A stretch of 64,000 bases of DNA. It comes from an uncultured cyanobacterium (lineage in GTDB: Bacteria; Cyanobacteriota; Cyanobacteriia; Cyanobacteriales; Nostocaceae). The position numbers and the translations under genes were made by a program. A model generated the notes under the pieces. It had not been told where the DNA came from. It saw only the letters and a program-made list of their open reading frames with translations, and made no database searches. The stretch is taken from assembly GCA_963740315.1 (NCBI GenBank), contig CAVUDP010000002.1:2816001-2880000 (forward strand). Direction: 5' to 3'. Positions 42,108-52,347 of the stretch are shown piece by piece. Each line of letters begins with the position of its first letter. Within the stretch, counting starts at the first letter, position 1.

Positions 42108-42443
42108 ATGAGCGAACAACTTGTTGAAAACACCGAATTAGACTGTTACGAATGTCGTGCCTGCGGTTACGTCTACGAACCGGAAAAGGGAGATGACAGT
42201 CATAACATACCTTCGGGTACTGCTTTTGCGGATTTACCCTTAACTTGGCGCTGTCCCGTTTGTACGGCTACAAAGAAAGCTTTTGAAAACGTTGGTCCAG
42301 TCGGTACTGCTTCCGGCTTTTCGGAAAATCTCGGTTATGGATTAGGTGTTAATAAACTGACACCCGGTCAAAAAAATATCTTGATTTTTGGAGCCTTGGC
42401 TCTTGGTTTCTTGTTTTTTATAAGTCTATATGGCTTAAAATAA
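42108..42443 (+). CDS. rubA: membrane-anchored rubredoxin
   Basis: CRACGY...WRCPVC with a C-terminal TM helix; canonical position before ycf48-psbEFLJ; probable ATG at 42108. Confidence 0.93.
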   Translation: MSEQLVENTELDCYECRACGYVYEPEKGDDSHNIPSGTAFADLPLTWRCPVCTATKKAFENVGPVGTASGFSENLGYGLGVNKLTPGQKNILIFGALALGFLFFISLYGLK

Positions 42444-42567
42444 GGAGCCACCTTTGTAACGGTGGGCACATCACCCACCTAGAGCCACAATTCGCTTTCA
42501 ATACACAAATTAAGAAAACTAATCGAATTAATCAAAAGTTCACGCGACGAGAGAAATTTAACCAAAT

Positions 42568-43581
42568 ATGAAAATAGGAAGACAAATATTAGCCTTACTG
42601 GCGATCGCCCTGATTTGTTTCGGTTGCAGTAGCGTTCCTTCGATGAGTTACAACCCTTGGGAAGTGATTTCTTTACCGACTGATGCCAAGCTATTCGATA
42701 TAGCTTTTAGCGATGACGACCCCAAGCATGGTTTTATCGTTGGTAGTAAAGCTACCCTTTTAGAAACTAAAGATGGTGGTGAAACATGGAATCCTATAGC
42801 TTTGCAGCTAGGTGAGGGAAATTACCGTTTTAATGCAATTGATTTTGCCGGAAATGAAGGGTGGATAGCTGCGGAACCTTCGGTGTTATTACACACCAAA
42901 GATGAAGGTAAAACTTGGTCGAGCCTTCCCTTAAGCGAAAAGTTACCCGGTAATCCCGTAAGTATCGTAGCTTTGGATAAGGATAGCGCCGAAATGGCTA
43001 CTGACGTGGGAGCAATATATAAAACCACTGACGGGGGCAAAAATTGGAAAGCGCAAGTCGCAGAATCTGTAGGCGTTGTACGTAATATTGAACGTTCCGA
43101 AGATGGTAAATATATCGCGGTTTCTGGTAAAGGAAACTTTTATTCCACTTGGGAACCCGGACAAAATGCTTGGGTTCAGCACAACCGTAATAGTTCTCGC
43201 AAAGTCGAAAACATGGGTTTTGCCCAAGATGGACAGATGTGGATGCTAGCGCGAGGCGGACAGATACAATTTAGCGAACCTGACAAATTGGAAGAATGGC
43301 AAGATGCTCAGTATCCAGAAGTATCTACTAGTTGGGGATTGCTCGATTTAGCCTACCGTACCCCATCCGAACTTTGGGTTAGTGGCGGTAGCGCCAACTT
43401 ACTCCACAGCACCGACGGAGGAGAAACCTGGGAAAAAGATCGCGATGTAGAAGATACCGCAACAAATCTTTACAAAATCGTATTTTTATCTGCTGATAAA
43501 GGATTTATCATCGGAGATCGCGGTTTTTTACTGAAATATCAGGCTGATATTGCATCGTCTACAGACTCCTCTGAAGCTTAA
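42568..43581 (+). CDS. ycf48: PSII assembly factor Ycf48/HCF136
   Basis: BNR repeats (DGGETW), GNFYSTW.PG..W..HNRNSSR; upstream of psbE. Confidence 0.96.
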   Translation: MKIGRQILALLAIALICFGCSSVPSMSYNPWEVISLPTDAKLFDIAFSDDDPKHGFIVGSKATLLETKDGGETWNPIALQLGEGNYRFNAIDFAGNEGWIAAEPSVLLHTKDEGKTWSSLPLSEKLPGNPVSIVALDKDSAEMATDVGAIYKTTDGGKNWKAQVAESVGVVRNIERSEDGKYIAVSGKGNFYSTWEPGQNAWVQHNRNSSRKVENMGFAQDGQMWMLARGGQIQFSEPDKLEEWQDAQYPEVSTSWGLLDLAYRTPSELWVSGGSANLLHSTDGGETWEKDRDVEDTATNLYKIVFLSADKGFIIGDRGFLLKYQADIASSTDSSEA

Positions 43582-43722
43582 AATAAATTTAGGCACCAAT
43601 TCAGCCTAAACGAGGCGTAAACTTGTATCCTCAATTATGAGAAAATGTTGCAAGTTGTAACTCTTCCTTAACTTTGTAGGATAATAAACACATTAGTCAA
43701 GATTTGATAGGTACTTAGTCAA

Positions 43723-43971
43723 ATGAGTGGAACTACCGGAGAACGTCCGTTTTCAGACATTATTACTAGCGTTCGCTACTGGGTGATTCACAGTATCACC
43801 ATTCCAGCATTATTTATTGCAGGTTGGTTGTTTGTCAGCACCGGATTAGCATACGATGCATTTGGTACTCCTCGCCCAGATACCTATTACACCCAAGAAA
43901 GGCAGGAAGTGCCACTTGTAAACAATCGTTTTGAAGCAAAAAATCAAGTTGACGAATTTATTGGAAAGTAG
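43723..43971 (+). CDS. psbE: cytochrome b559 alpha subunit
   Basis: [23 protein letters not shown]. Confidence 0.99.
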   Translation: MSGTTGERPFSDIITSVRYWVIHSITIPALFIAGWLFVSTGLAYDAFGTPRPDTYYTQERQEVPLVNNRFEAKNQVDEFIGK

Positions 43972-43977
43972 TTTTAA

Positions 43978-44118
<141 letters not shown>

Positions 44119-44127
44119 GAGTTTTTG

Positions 44128-44247
44128 ATGGAAAGAAATACTAATAGCAATAATCAGCCGGTAGAGTTAAACAGGACATCCCTTTTTCTAGGACTACTAT
44201 TAGTTTTTGTTCTAGGGATTCTGTTTTCCAGTTACTTCTTTAACTAA
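44128..44247 (+). CDS. psbL: PSII subunit L
   Basis: Manual translation [39 protein letters not shown]. Confidence 0.98.
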   Translation: MERNTNSNNQPVELNRTSLFLGLLLVFVLGILFSSYFFN

Positions 44248-44333
44248 GTTTACCGATCTGAGATTAATTTATTAATTAATCATTTTCAATTGACCGAAAC
44301 CCAATGTTGTGATTATGGAGGCAAGTTAATATC

Positions 44334-44453
44334 ATGTCTGGAGGCGGAAGAATTCCCCTGTGGGTTGTTGCTACAGTCGCAGGATTAGGTGTAATTACTG
44401 TCGTAGGTATTTTCTTTTATGGTGCCTACGCTGGACTAGGTTCTTCGATTTAA
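44334..44453 (+). CDS. psbJ: PSII subunit J
   Basis: Manual translation [39 protein letters not shown]. Confidence 0.98.
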   Translation: MSGGGRIPLWVVATVAGLGVITVVGIFFYGAYAGLGSSI

Positions 44454-44516
44454 GAAAAATTTGAACCTTTTAGATAAAGTCCGATTTTTCTAATATTTGA
44501 TTAGAAATTTGTATTT

Positions 44517-44551
44517 AAAAACCGCCCGTCTTTTGGAGATGGGCGGTTTTT
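44517..44551. terminator. bidirectional intrinsic terminator between psbJ and psaI
   Basis: AAAAACCGCCCGTC...GATGGGCGGTTTTT. Confidence 0.85.
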
Positions 44552-44656
44552 ATAATTAGCGACGCAAATTTGATGAAATAAAAGCGGCAGGATGCCCGTA
44601 CCACGATTTTTGATTCTAATGGGATAGGTTCCTGCCTGCTTATTTACAGCTTGTAT

Positions 44657-44767
44657 TTAACCGATATCATCGCGTTCGATGTACAAAAAGAAAAATGCCA
44701 TTGTTACGGCTGGAAAAATAAGACCAGTCAAAGGCACGAGGACGGATGGCAGAAAAGAAGCAGGCAT
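44657..44767 (-). CDS. psaI: photosystem I subunit VIII
   Basis: Manual translation [36 protein letters not shown], with AGGAG upstream. Confidence 0.95.
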   Translation of the reverse strand: MPASFLPSVLVPLTGLIFPAVTMAFFFLYIERDDIG

Positions 44768-44876
44768 AATGAACTCCTATTAAATCGCATTACAATTCAA
44801 AACGAGCTTACTGCAAATTGCACCGTCATAAGCCAAAATTGTACATATTTTTAACACAAATATTTTTGGGAAAGCT

Positions 44877-47696
44877 TCACATCCCTAAAATTGCATCAAA
44901 TTGAATATTGGGTAAATCCGGAGGTATGACAGTACGTTGGATAGTAAATTTATGACTTTCCTGTTGGGTTACTGTATTTATCGCGATCGCTTCCAAGCGA
45001 ATCTCTATGCAGCCGAAAGGAATATTTAGTTTAGTTATGACTTCCAATTCATTATTATTGTTAGGCGTTAAATTAGTTAGTAAGTGGGGACCATCAAGCA
45101 AAATCCTTGTCTGACAATCTTCCAACCATAATTTTATGGCAAGATGAGAATTTCCTTCTGGTAGACGTACTCGGAGGTTAAGAGATTTACCCGCTAGGAG
45201 TTCGCCTCGCGGTATATACAGCACAGGAGTTGGCAACTGTTCTATCTTTTGAGTACTTATAGTAAGCGCCGTACAAGATGAATCTATAGCTTTTTCTATA
45301 GGTTGATTTGATTCGGAATTTTCCGCTGTTAATATATCATCTGTAAAAATATCTGTATCATCTACTACAATTTCCTGAGCTAATTGAGTTGATGGTGTTG
45401 TAATTTGATTGATGTCCCATGCAGAAGAAGTGGAAATAGATAAATAAGGAGATGGTGTTGTTTGTATATTTACTGAGTTCGTAACATTTGTAGATACTTG
45501 CCCTTTCTCTTGATTCAACAATTGCTTATCATCAGTTTCAGCTTTTGTTTTATCAGCTTGTTGAGAAATTTCTTGATGATTCGCCTCAATATCGTAATCT
45601 TCGTACTCTACATCAATAGGTTCGGGTAAAGAATATCCTTGAGAAAGCATCCACTGCCTAATTAAAGGAGATGTATTAGATGTTCCGGGATTTTTCTCTA
45701 CAATAAATTCAGAGCTACGGGGGGTAACTGGTTCTCCAAGCTCTTCATAAGTATCGTTATGATGTTCAACGACTAATTCAGCTTGAGAGGTATTGTCAGC
45801 AGCCGAAGAAGGGTCTAGATTTTGATTATCGGCAACGCTAGTGTATGTTGCCTCAACTTCATAATCGGATTCAGCTTCTATGTCAGAACTTGGTAAAGGT
45901 TTTAACTTTCGTAAGTAGGGAAAACTAGTACCCCCGATCGCACAACCAGAAACTATGTACCCGTTATTAATATATTCATTAATTTTCTCTTGATAACCAG
46001 GTACATTTGGTAATTTAAGCGAATGGCTTGTAACCTTTCTACGAAACTTTCGAGGTTCTATACGCGGTGGTAAAGATTTTTTATTTGATGCTATTCCCGG
46101 TACGGATTTTTCTGGTTTTACAGTTTTTACTAAATTGAAAAGCTCTAAATCTAGAGAGACAGCAGGTTCTATGATTTCGGGCGTATTTTCTAATAATAAT
46201 TCTTTTTCATATTTAGGATTAGCAACGGTAATAGCCACTAATTCTTTAATATCTGCTGTAATTATAAAAGATTGGCTGGCTAATAATTCTACAACACCGT
46301 TACTTGAAAGTGCCCCGTAGAGTTTAACCTCTCCCAGAATTAACTTAGAAGCACACTTTTGGGGAATATCAATTGAAGAGGCGATCGCAAATGGTAGCGA
46401 TTTATTGGGGTTGGGTTGGCAAACTGATTGTAATAACTCAGAATTCTGGGGCGATCGCAATTCTATTCGTACTTCGGCTTGAGAAATTTGTTTAACGTTT
46501 GTTGTTTCTTTAAGTTCAACTAATCCATTAAGAGTGATGCTTTCTCCCCAATTTGCGACATGGTTAACTCGATCTAGAATTAGCTCTAATGGTAGTGGTG
46601 GCGTAGTTGAGGTATCTTCAATCGTTTCATCGGCAAGTAAAAGCTCGCGAGACGGTAAAGCTAACTCTATTAAGTTTTGTAAAATCTGTTCTGCTGTTTC
46701 TCCTTTAACTCTTACCGGGCTAGCAGTTTGCTCGATTATTGCTAAATTTTCGTTTTTCGTTAGTTTTTCGCTAACGGTTAGATTGCTTGTATCTAATGAT
46801 TTTTCTTGGGGTTTTGGGGTATCTTGACTAACGTTTTGGTTTTGCTTAGTTGATGATTTTTGTGGTGTTTTTGGAACGGATGAAGCACTAACAGCCTGAT
46901 GTTGAGACGATTTAGGCTTTTGTGCTGGTTTTACAACCGATGCTGTTTTAGCTGAATTTTGTCGTTTTTCACTTGTATCGTTAACAATTTTATTCTGAGT
47001 AGATTGAGGAGCAGTCTTCGTAACAGCTTTTTGCTTATCCGAAGCAGCTTTAAGCGACTCTCGTAGTTTTTGAGCGGGTTTTTCGCTAACAACTTTATCA
47101 AAATAAGCTTTGGGGGCAGAACTGGAAGCAGTTGAAATCGGTTTACTACTATTAGTGCTGCGACTTTTGCTCGAAATAGGTTCTACAGAAATTGAAGATA
47201 TTAATCCAGCATCATTTGTTGTCAATTCCTGAAGGGGCGAAGGCGAATAACGGCTAGATTGAATTTTAATTTTTGACTTAGTTTGCTTGAGTTGTATCCC
47301 CTCGCCATTTTTATGCTGCTTATCTAAATTCCGAGCAGAATTTACACCAGAGGGTATAACCTGCAAATTAACAGTATATTGCCAAGATGCACCAAGAAGG
47401 TCTGACATCAAATCGCCAGAACATTGTAATTCCCAAATTCCCGACTTGAGATAGGTAAAGGGAATTATAGCCGTTAAGCCTTCTGAATTTGTGCGCCGTC
47501 TTCGTTTTTGAATCCTTTTCGTAGGTGGAACCTCATTCGTAGAAGAGTGAGTTACCCGTACCTCCACATCAGTATTAGTACGCTTACAACGAGCAACTAC
47601 TCGATACCGACCTTCTATAATTTCTATTCCTGGCTTGGACAAAGGATGCCAAGTACGTTCGCCTTCTTTCTGTATCAGAAATTGCCACTGTTCCAT
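44877..47696 (-). CDS. large hypothetical protein (Ig-like segments separated by low-complexity linkers)
   Basis: 939-aa ORF; N-terminal WQFLIQKEG...GRYRVVA...G.WELQC; Ser/Lys/Thr-rich and acidic linkers. Confidence 0.8.
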   Translation of the reverse strand: MEQWQFLIQKEGERTWHPLSKPGIEIIEGRYRVVARCKRTNTDVEVRVTHSSTNEVPPTKRIQKRRRRTNSEGLTAIIPFTYLKSGIWELQCSGDLMSDLLGASWQYTVNLQVIPSGVNSARNLDKQHKNGEGIQLKQTKSKIKIQSSRYSPSPLQELTTNDAGLISSISVEPISSKSRSTNSSKPISTASSSAPKAYFDKVVSEKPAQKLRESLKAASDKQKAVTKTAPQSTQNKIVNDTSEKRQNSAKTASVVKPAQKPKSSQHQAVSASSVPKTPQKSSTKQNQNVSQDTPKPQEKSLDTSNLTVSEKLTKNENLAIIEQTASPVRVKGETAEQILQNLIELALPSRELLLADETIEDTSTTPPLPLELILDRVNHVANWGESITLNGLVELKETTNVKQISQAEVRIELRSPQNSELLQSVCQPNPNKSLPFAIASSIDIPQKCASKLILGEVKLYGALSSNGVVELLASQSFIITADIKELVAITVANPKYEKELLLENTPEIIEPAVSLDLELFNLVKTVKPEKSVPGIASNKKSLPPRIEPRKFRRKVTSHSLKLPNVPGYQEKINEYINNGYIVSGCAIGGTSFPYLRKLKPLPSSDIEAESDYEVEATYTSVADNQNLDPSSAADNTSQAELVVEHHNDTYEELGEPVTPRSSEFIVEKNPGTSNTSPLIRQWMLSQGYSLPEPIDVEYEDYDIEANHQEISQQADKTKAETDDKQLLNQEKGQVSTNVTNSVNIQTTPSPYLSISTSSAWDINQITTPSTQLAQEIVVDDTDIFTDDILTAENSESNQPIEKAIDSSCTALTISTQKIEQLPTPVLYIPRGELLAGKSLNLRVRLPEGNSHLAIKLWLEDCQTRILLDGPHLLTNLTPNNNNELEVITKLNIPFGCIEIRLEAIAINTVTQQESHKFTIQRTVIPPDLPNIQFDAILGM

Positions 47697-48211
47697 TGTG
47701 AGTGATGCCTAAGACCGATCGCAGCCGTAGTATTATTTGCATTACCTTGCTTGCAAGTTTACCGTACTAAACCTGTAGTCGATCGCATAATTAATTGTTT
47801 TAATTAAAACACAATATTATGCTAGCTCTAAGTGTAATTTGATTAACATTATAATTACCGTTCACCGCAAGCAGTGCGGTTCGGGTACGGTAGAAAGTAT
47901 TTTTTCATTCAAATTTCTACTAGGAAGCTTTTTAGCAGTTTACTACAACAACCTATAAACTGGTTTGTTGCGATCGGGCTGCCATGTGATCTTTCGTGAG
48001 ATGCTGTGAATACGGTTAAATTCAACTTGAAGATGCGTGTTTCGTTGTCAAGACCAAGATTTTATTTTTAATCGCCATCAGTGCTGATTTTTTGAAACAA
48101 GCTTAAAAAAGCAATAATTTCTAAATCAATTAAACCCCTCTTCTAAAAAAGAAGAGAGGTTAAAAAGAGGTTAAAAATTTGATATTGCTAATCGGGAAAA
48201 GCTATATATTA

Positions 48212-48457
48212 TCAAACCCCATAGCGATGTTGATAATAACCCAGAATTTGTCTTACCCATTGTCTGGTTTGCGAATTAGAGTTTGGCGCATAATCAATCC
48301 ATAAACCACCGACTTGGCTTAAATTGTAATCAAACTCTTGAGAATTTTGGGGAATCAATCCCACTTCTATTCCTTCCACACAACGTAAATGAGCGGCAAT
48401 CTCGCCGTAGACTGCCAGAGGTAAACCGGCGAATACAATCTTTTCCCTTGTCTTCAT
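48212..48457 (-). CDS. conserved small hypothetical protein
   Basis: LPLAVY.EIAAHLR.VEG...FDY..SQVGGL; 3 bp downstream of the preceding gene. Confidence 0.75.
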   Translation of the reverse strand: MKTREKIVFAGLPLAVYGEIAAHLRCVEGIEVGLIPQNSQEFDYNLSQVGGLWIDYAPNSNSQTRQWVRQILGYYQHRYGV

Positions 48458-48460
48458 ATT

Positions 48461-49507
48461 TTAAGAAGCCCCGAATGCAGATTTTGGTAAAGATGGTAAT
48501 GTCGAAACGGGATTGTCCGTAGAAGCCGTAGCTGGTTGAGTTGCTCCCATAGAAGATTCTCCTACCATTCTGGCTACTTCAATACCATATTGTTCCAGAA
48601 TAACAATTGGTTCGGAACCTTCATTCATTTCAATTCTTTTAACGAGCAGTCCGCTTGCTAATCTTTGTCCCGCTTGAACATACCTACTAGTAGGCTCGGT
48701 AGGCACTTTGATGATAGCTTGGGGTTTATTTCCAACTTGAACTACTCCCGAAACTAAAACAGCTTGAGCTAACTTGGGTTCCGGTGGTGGTGGCAATACA
48801 GATGCGAGGTCTGGTTGCGGTATTACCCCTGGCATTATTTTAGGCACAACTGGCACAACTGGCGCAACTGGGGTCGTCGCGGTACTACCACCGTTAGAAC
48901 TAGCTTTGTTCGGCGTTTTCGATGTTGCTCTTGTAGAAGTAGAAGTAGAACCAGACCTAGAACCAGATCTACTCGAACTAGAATTTCTACTTGCAGTAAT
49001 ATTTCTTCGCCGGTTTCCTCCAGTAGTCGCCGAAATAACAGCACTTCGTCTAGGTCGTTGTCTTGATGCAGTTGTTCTGTTAGATGTCGGTAAAGGAGGC
49101 AACCTGGGAACGGCTCTTCGGCTATTACCGACGCTATTACCGACGCTATTACCGACGCTATTAGTACCGTTATTACTTGCAGAATTTTCTGCTTTTCTAG
49201 TACTGAATTTTACAGGAGGGATAATGCCCTCAAACGGATCGGCACGTCCTTTCGAGACTATTCCTACTCGTTCTGTGGGATTTGTTGGTTGAATTAAAGT
49301 CGAAGGTGCTTGAGCAATAGTAGGACTTTGCTTAGCTGGCACCACCGGGTCTTTAAAGGGTTCGGTCGTCTTGCCTTGGTTATTTTTTGCCGTTTCGGTA
49401 GGGATTGGAGCCACAGTAGTTGGTTCCTCTTCACCAGAACATCCGGCGATCGCCAAAGCTAAAACAGATGCAATAGATGCAATTGTGATTTTTAAATGTC
49501 TACCCAT
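48461..49507 (-). CDS. PilP-like lipoprotein (putative type IV pilus alignment subunit)
   Basis: Lipobox LAIAGC, GRADPF motif, disordered linker and C-terminal beta domain VLVSGVVQVG...AIIKVP...YVQAGQRL. Confidence 0.6.
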   Translation of the reverse strand: MGRHLKITIASIASVLALAIAGCSGEEEPTTVAPIPTETAKNNQGKTTEPFKDPVVPAKQSPTIAQAPSTLIQPTNPTERVGIVSKGRADPFEGIIPPVKFSTRKAENSASNNGTNSVGNSVGNSVGNSRRAVPRLPPLPTSNRTTASRQRPRRSAVISATTGGNRRRNITASRNSSSSRSGSRSGSTSTSTRATSKTPNKASSNGGSTATTPVAPVVPVVPKIMPGVIPQPDLASVLPPPPEPKLAQAVLVSGVVQVGNKPQAIIKVPTEPTSRYVQAGQRLASGLLVKRIEMNEGSEPIVILEQYGIEVARMVGESSMGATQPATASTDNPVSTLPSLPKSAFGAS

Positions 49508-49679
49508 TAGCCATTCTCAAGAGAAGACAGGAAAAGTTCTCGTTCGGTGAAATCAATTTGACTAAAAGTTGTATCAAAAGTGAAATCTCATACAGTTATA
49601 ACCTAATTTTTTTTTAGTCAAGGGTTGTTTGATACGATACTCATATTTTTTATAGAAAAATTTTAAACGGTATGGGTTT

Positions 49680-50459
49680 TTAGTCCTCTGCTGCAACCAT
49701 CAGGTGCTTGAGGGAATTAAGCCCTTTTTTGACTCTACGAGAAACTGTTACTACGCTAATACCAAGCCGTTGAGCTACTTGTTTTTGCGTTAGATCGTGC
49801 AAAAACACAAATTCCAAGACTTCACGGGTACGATTTTCTAACTGAAGTAATGCTTGTTGTAACCGTAATTGGTCTTCTTGTGCTAGTTGAAAGCTACGGT
49901 AATTATGGTCGGGAACCAGTTCTGCTAAACTAGCCGAACCTTCGTCTCCGTCGTATACAGGCACGTCTAAGCTTAAAGGAGCGCGGTTTACCCAAGCTAG
50001 TTTAATTTCTTGCCATTCTTCAAGAGAAATAGATAATGCTGCGGCTACTTCAGAATCGGTAGGTTGACGATTATATTTTTCCCGTAATGACCGAGAAACT
50101 CCGATGCTGTGCTGTTGTAGCGCCAACCAACGCCTGGGAATTCTCACAGTCACACCTTTATCTCGCAGGTAATGCTGAATTTCACCGCGAATATAAGGAA
50201 TCGCAAAAGTACTAAAGGCATGACCTTTGGAAATATCAAATCTTTCGATAGCCCGAATTAGCCCCAAACAGCCTACTTGAAGTAAGTCATCGTAACTTTC
50301 GTGGCATTGATTTATCCAGTAGTAAGCCTCTTTTCTCACAAGTCCAAAATTAAGTTTTACCAGTTGATTGCGAACCGAAGCTGACTGAGATTGCTGATAT
50401 TCTCGCAATAACTGCCAAATTTCGTGCTTCAATTCTTTCGTAAGTAAGGTAGTAGGCAT
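49680..50459 (-). CDS. sigF: group 3 RNA polymerase sigma factor SigF
   Basis: RNQLV.LN.GLV, DLLQVG.LGLIRAIERFD, YIRGEIQHYLRD...VRIPRRW; probable start MPTT at 50459. Confidence 0.88.
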   Translation of the reverse strand: MPTTLLTKELKHEIWQLLREYQQSQSASVRNQLVKLNFGLVRKEAYYWINQCHESYDDLLQVGCLGLIRAIERFDISKGHAFSTFAIPYIRGEIQHYLRDKGVTVRIPRRWLALQQHSIGVSRSLREKYNRQPTDSEVAAALSISLEEWQEIKLAWVNRAPLSLDVPVYDGDEGSASLAELVPDHNYRSFQLAQEDQLRLQQALLQLENRTREVLEFVFLHDLTQKQVAQRLGISVVTVSRRVKKGLNSLKHLMVAAED

Positions 50460-51120
50460 AGCACCTTGATGATTGATAAAACAACTAGTTAATCCAGAAC
50501 GTCTATTTCTGGTAATGCACTTATCCAAGTATTTATACGTAAAATGCAGACAATATATTCCTCCGTTATCAAGTATCAATAACGGACGATTATCAGATTA
50601 CGATTGGGACGGCTGATTGGTGGACGCGGCAATTAGGGCGGCATATCTATGAATTAGTGCAACCTGACACGATAGCCAATTCATGAAGGCATATCAGAGA
50701 AGGTTTAACTCTGAATAACCGAAAAGCTCTCATGATGCAAACAGTGCATTTTGGTGCAAAAAATTCAATCTGCGGGGCGTGAGTATTAAGGTATGAGAAA
50801 AGCGGTTTTTTTAGCTTTGTTTATGTTGTAGCTAAAAGTGCTACTTATAAAAAAATATACAAAATAACATCAAAATGGAACCGAATTATTACGTAATTTA
50901 GTTTCTCGAACTAAAAGTTCAATTGTCGGTAAATGGCTATTCTATCAAGTAGTTTAGTAAATATACTTTTTCAGAGAAAATACTTACTATAAAAAGTTTT
51001 CTTAAATTAAAAAATAATATAGATATAAAATTTATAAAAAACTCTGGCAGAAGAATAAAATTAAAAATAATATTAAAATAATAACATTTCGTCGAGGGAA
51101 TCGGGAATAGAGAAGGCTTA

Positions 51121-51320
51121 TAAGTACTTAGGCAAAATTAATTGTGCATTTGTCCGAAGCGAGTGGAACGTTCACGCGGAGCGTGCGGCGAGGGCGAAAC
51201 GAAGCATTCACCCGTAGGGTGCGGTTCATCGCAAGACCTTGAGAAAGATCCGCTGTCGCATGTCCTATTGGACACGCTGCGCTAACGCAATGACACAAAT
51301 AATGAAGGCACACCCACTTA
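51121..51320. mobile_element. expanded copy of the 680-810 MITE-like element carrying three nested small inserts
   Basis: Same termini as 680-810, with extra modules at about 51171-51191, 51207-51227 and 51260-51285. Confidence 0.75.
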
Positions 51321-51401
51321 TAATCGAGTGGTAATTAGATAAATAATGCGGGCTTGACTACTTATTCAATTTTTTTTAAGAAAATTTTCTTTATCAATCT
51401 A

Positions 51402-51426
51402 TAAAAAAAAGGGCTTTTAGCCCTTT
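51402..51426 (-). terminator. intrinsic terminator downstream of psbO
   Basis: AAAGGGCT/AGCCCTTT hairpin with a U-tract on the minus strand. Confidence 0.6.
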
Positions 51427-51507
51427 AAATTAATTAAATCAATTAGTATTCACCGTTAGCCGTTCGCATCAAGTGAGTTTAACTGATACAGCAGATGTTG
51501 CAAAAAA

Positions 51508-52347
51508 CTATGATACTGGTTCAACACGAGCATAAAATAAGCCGCGAACTTTCACTTCCAAAGGTTCGCCAGCACCTAAGTCAGTATCTGAAGGCTGATC
51601 GCTAATAAAAGTACCAGCAATTTCACCACTTTCGCTATCAACTTTGGCAACATTCAAAGAAATATGACCCGATAGAGTTTCAACACTCTTAACATTGGCA
51701 CGTCTTAGTTCTTCACTATCTGCTTGGGAAGGTAGCGCAATTGCATTATCATAACCACTGGCAACACCACGACCTTTAGGATCTAAGAAAGTTGCACCAC
51801 GATAAGAAGGAACTTTAAAATCTCCTTCAAAATCGGTTGAGGTATTAATGCTGGTTAAATTGGGTTGTGTTTGAGCCAGCAAATTTTTCACGGTAAATAA
51901 GAAAGGAACCTGCTCGCCACCAGGAAGCTGTACGGTGATGGCTTGGAAATCCAAACCGTCTTTTTCCTTGAAAGTCAGGCTACCATCTTCGTTAACTACC
52001 AAATCACCTTGAATTTGGTCGAGCGATGAAGTTTTACGAGTCAACATTTTCGCACCAACAAATTCAGGTTCTTGTCTCTTGTTAAGGGGTTCTTCTTTAA
52101 CAAAGAAACTCGTTGGCTCCATGCAAAGGTCTTTGATTGTATAAGATCCGTTTGCATCAACGGTGATAGAACCACGGCTTGTCTCTGAGAGTAAAGGACA
52201 TTTATTCGCTAAGCCAGTACCTACAATCTGTTCGTAGGTAAGTAAATCTCTACTATTACCACTAGCCATATCTGAACCTTGGCTACAAGCTGTTAATAAG
52301 CCCAACATTACAGCCATTAATCCAGCTATTAAAGCGCGATACCTCAT
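51508..52347 (-). CDS. psbO: PSII manganese-stabilizing protein
   Basis: GTGLANKCP, VPSYRG..FLDPKGRG and QPSDTDLG; probable start MRYRAL at 52347. Confidence 0.98.
   Translation of the reverse strand: MRYRALIAGLMAVMLGLLTACSQGSDMASGNSRDLLTYEQIVGTGLANKCPLLSETSRGSITVDANGSYTIKDLCMEPTSFFVKEEPLNKRQEPEFVGAKMLTRKTSSLDQIQGDLVVNEDGSLTFKEKDGLDFQAITVQLPGGEQVPFLFTVKNLLAQTQPNLTSINTSTDFEGDFKVPSYRGATFLDPKGRGVASGYDNAIALPSQADSEELRRANVKSVETLSGHISLNVAKVDSESGEIAGTFISDQPSDTDLGAGEPLEVKVRGLFYARVEPVS

Noticed and set aside
44651..44854. 67-aa plus-strand ORF
   Set aside because: Shadow of psaI on the opposite strand.
51128..51313. 61-aa minus-strand ORF
   Set aside because: Lies entirely within the composite MITE.
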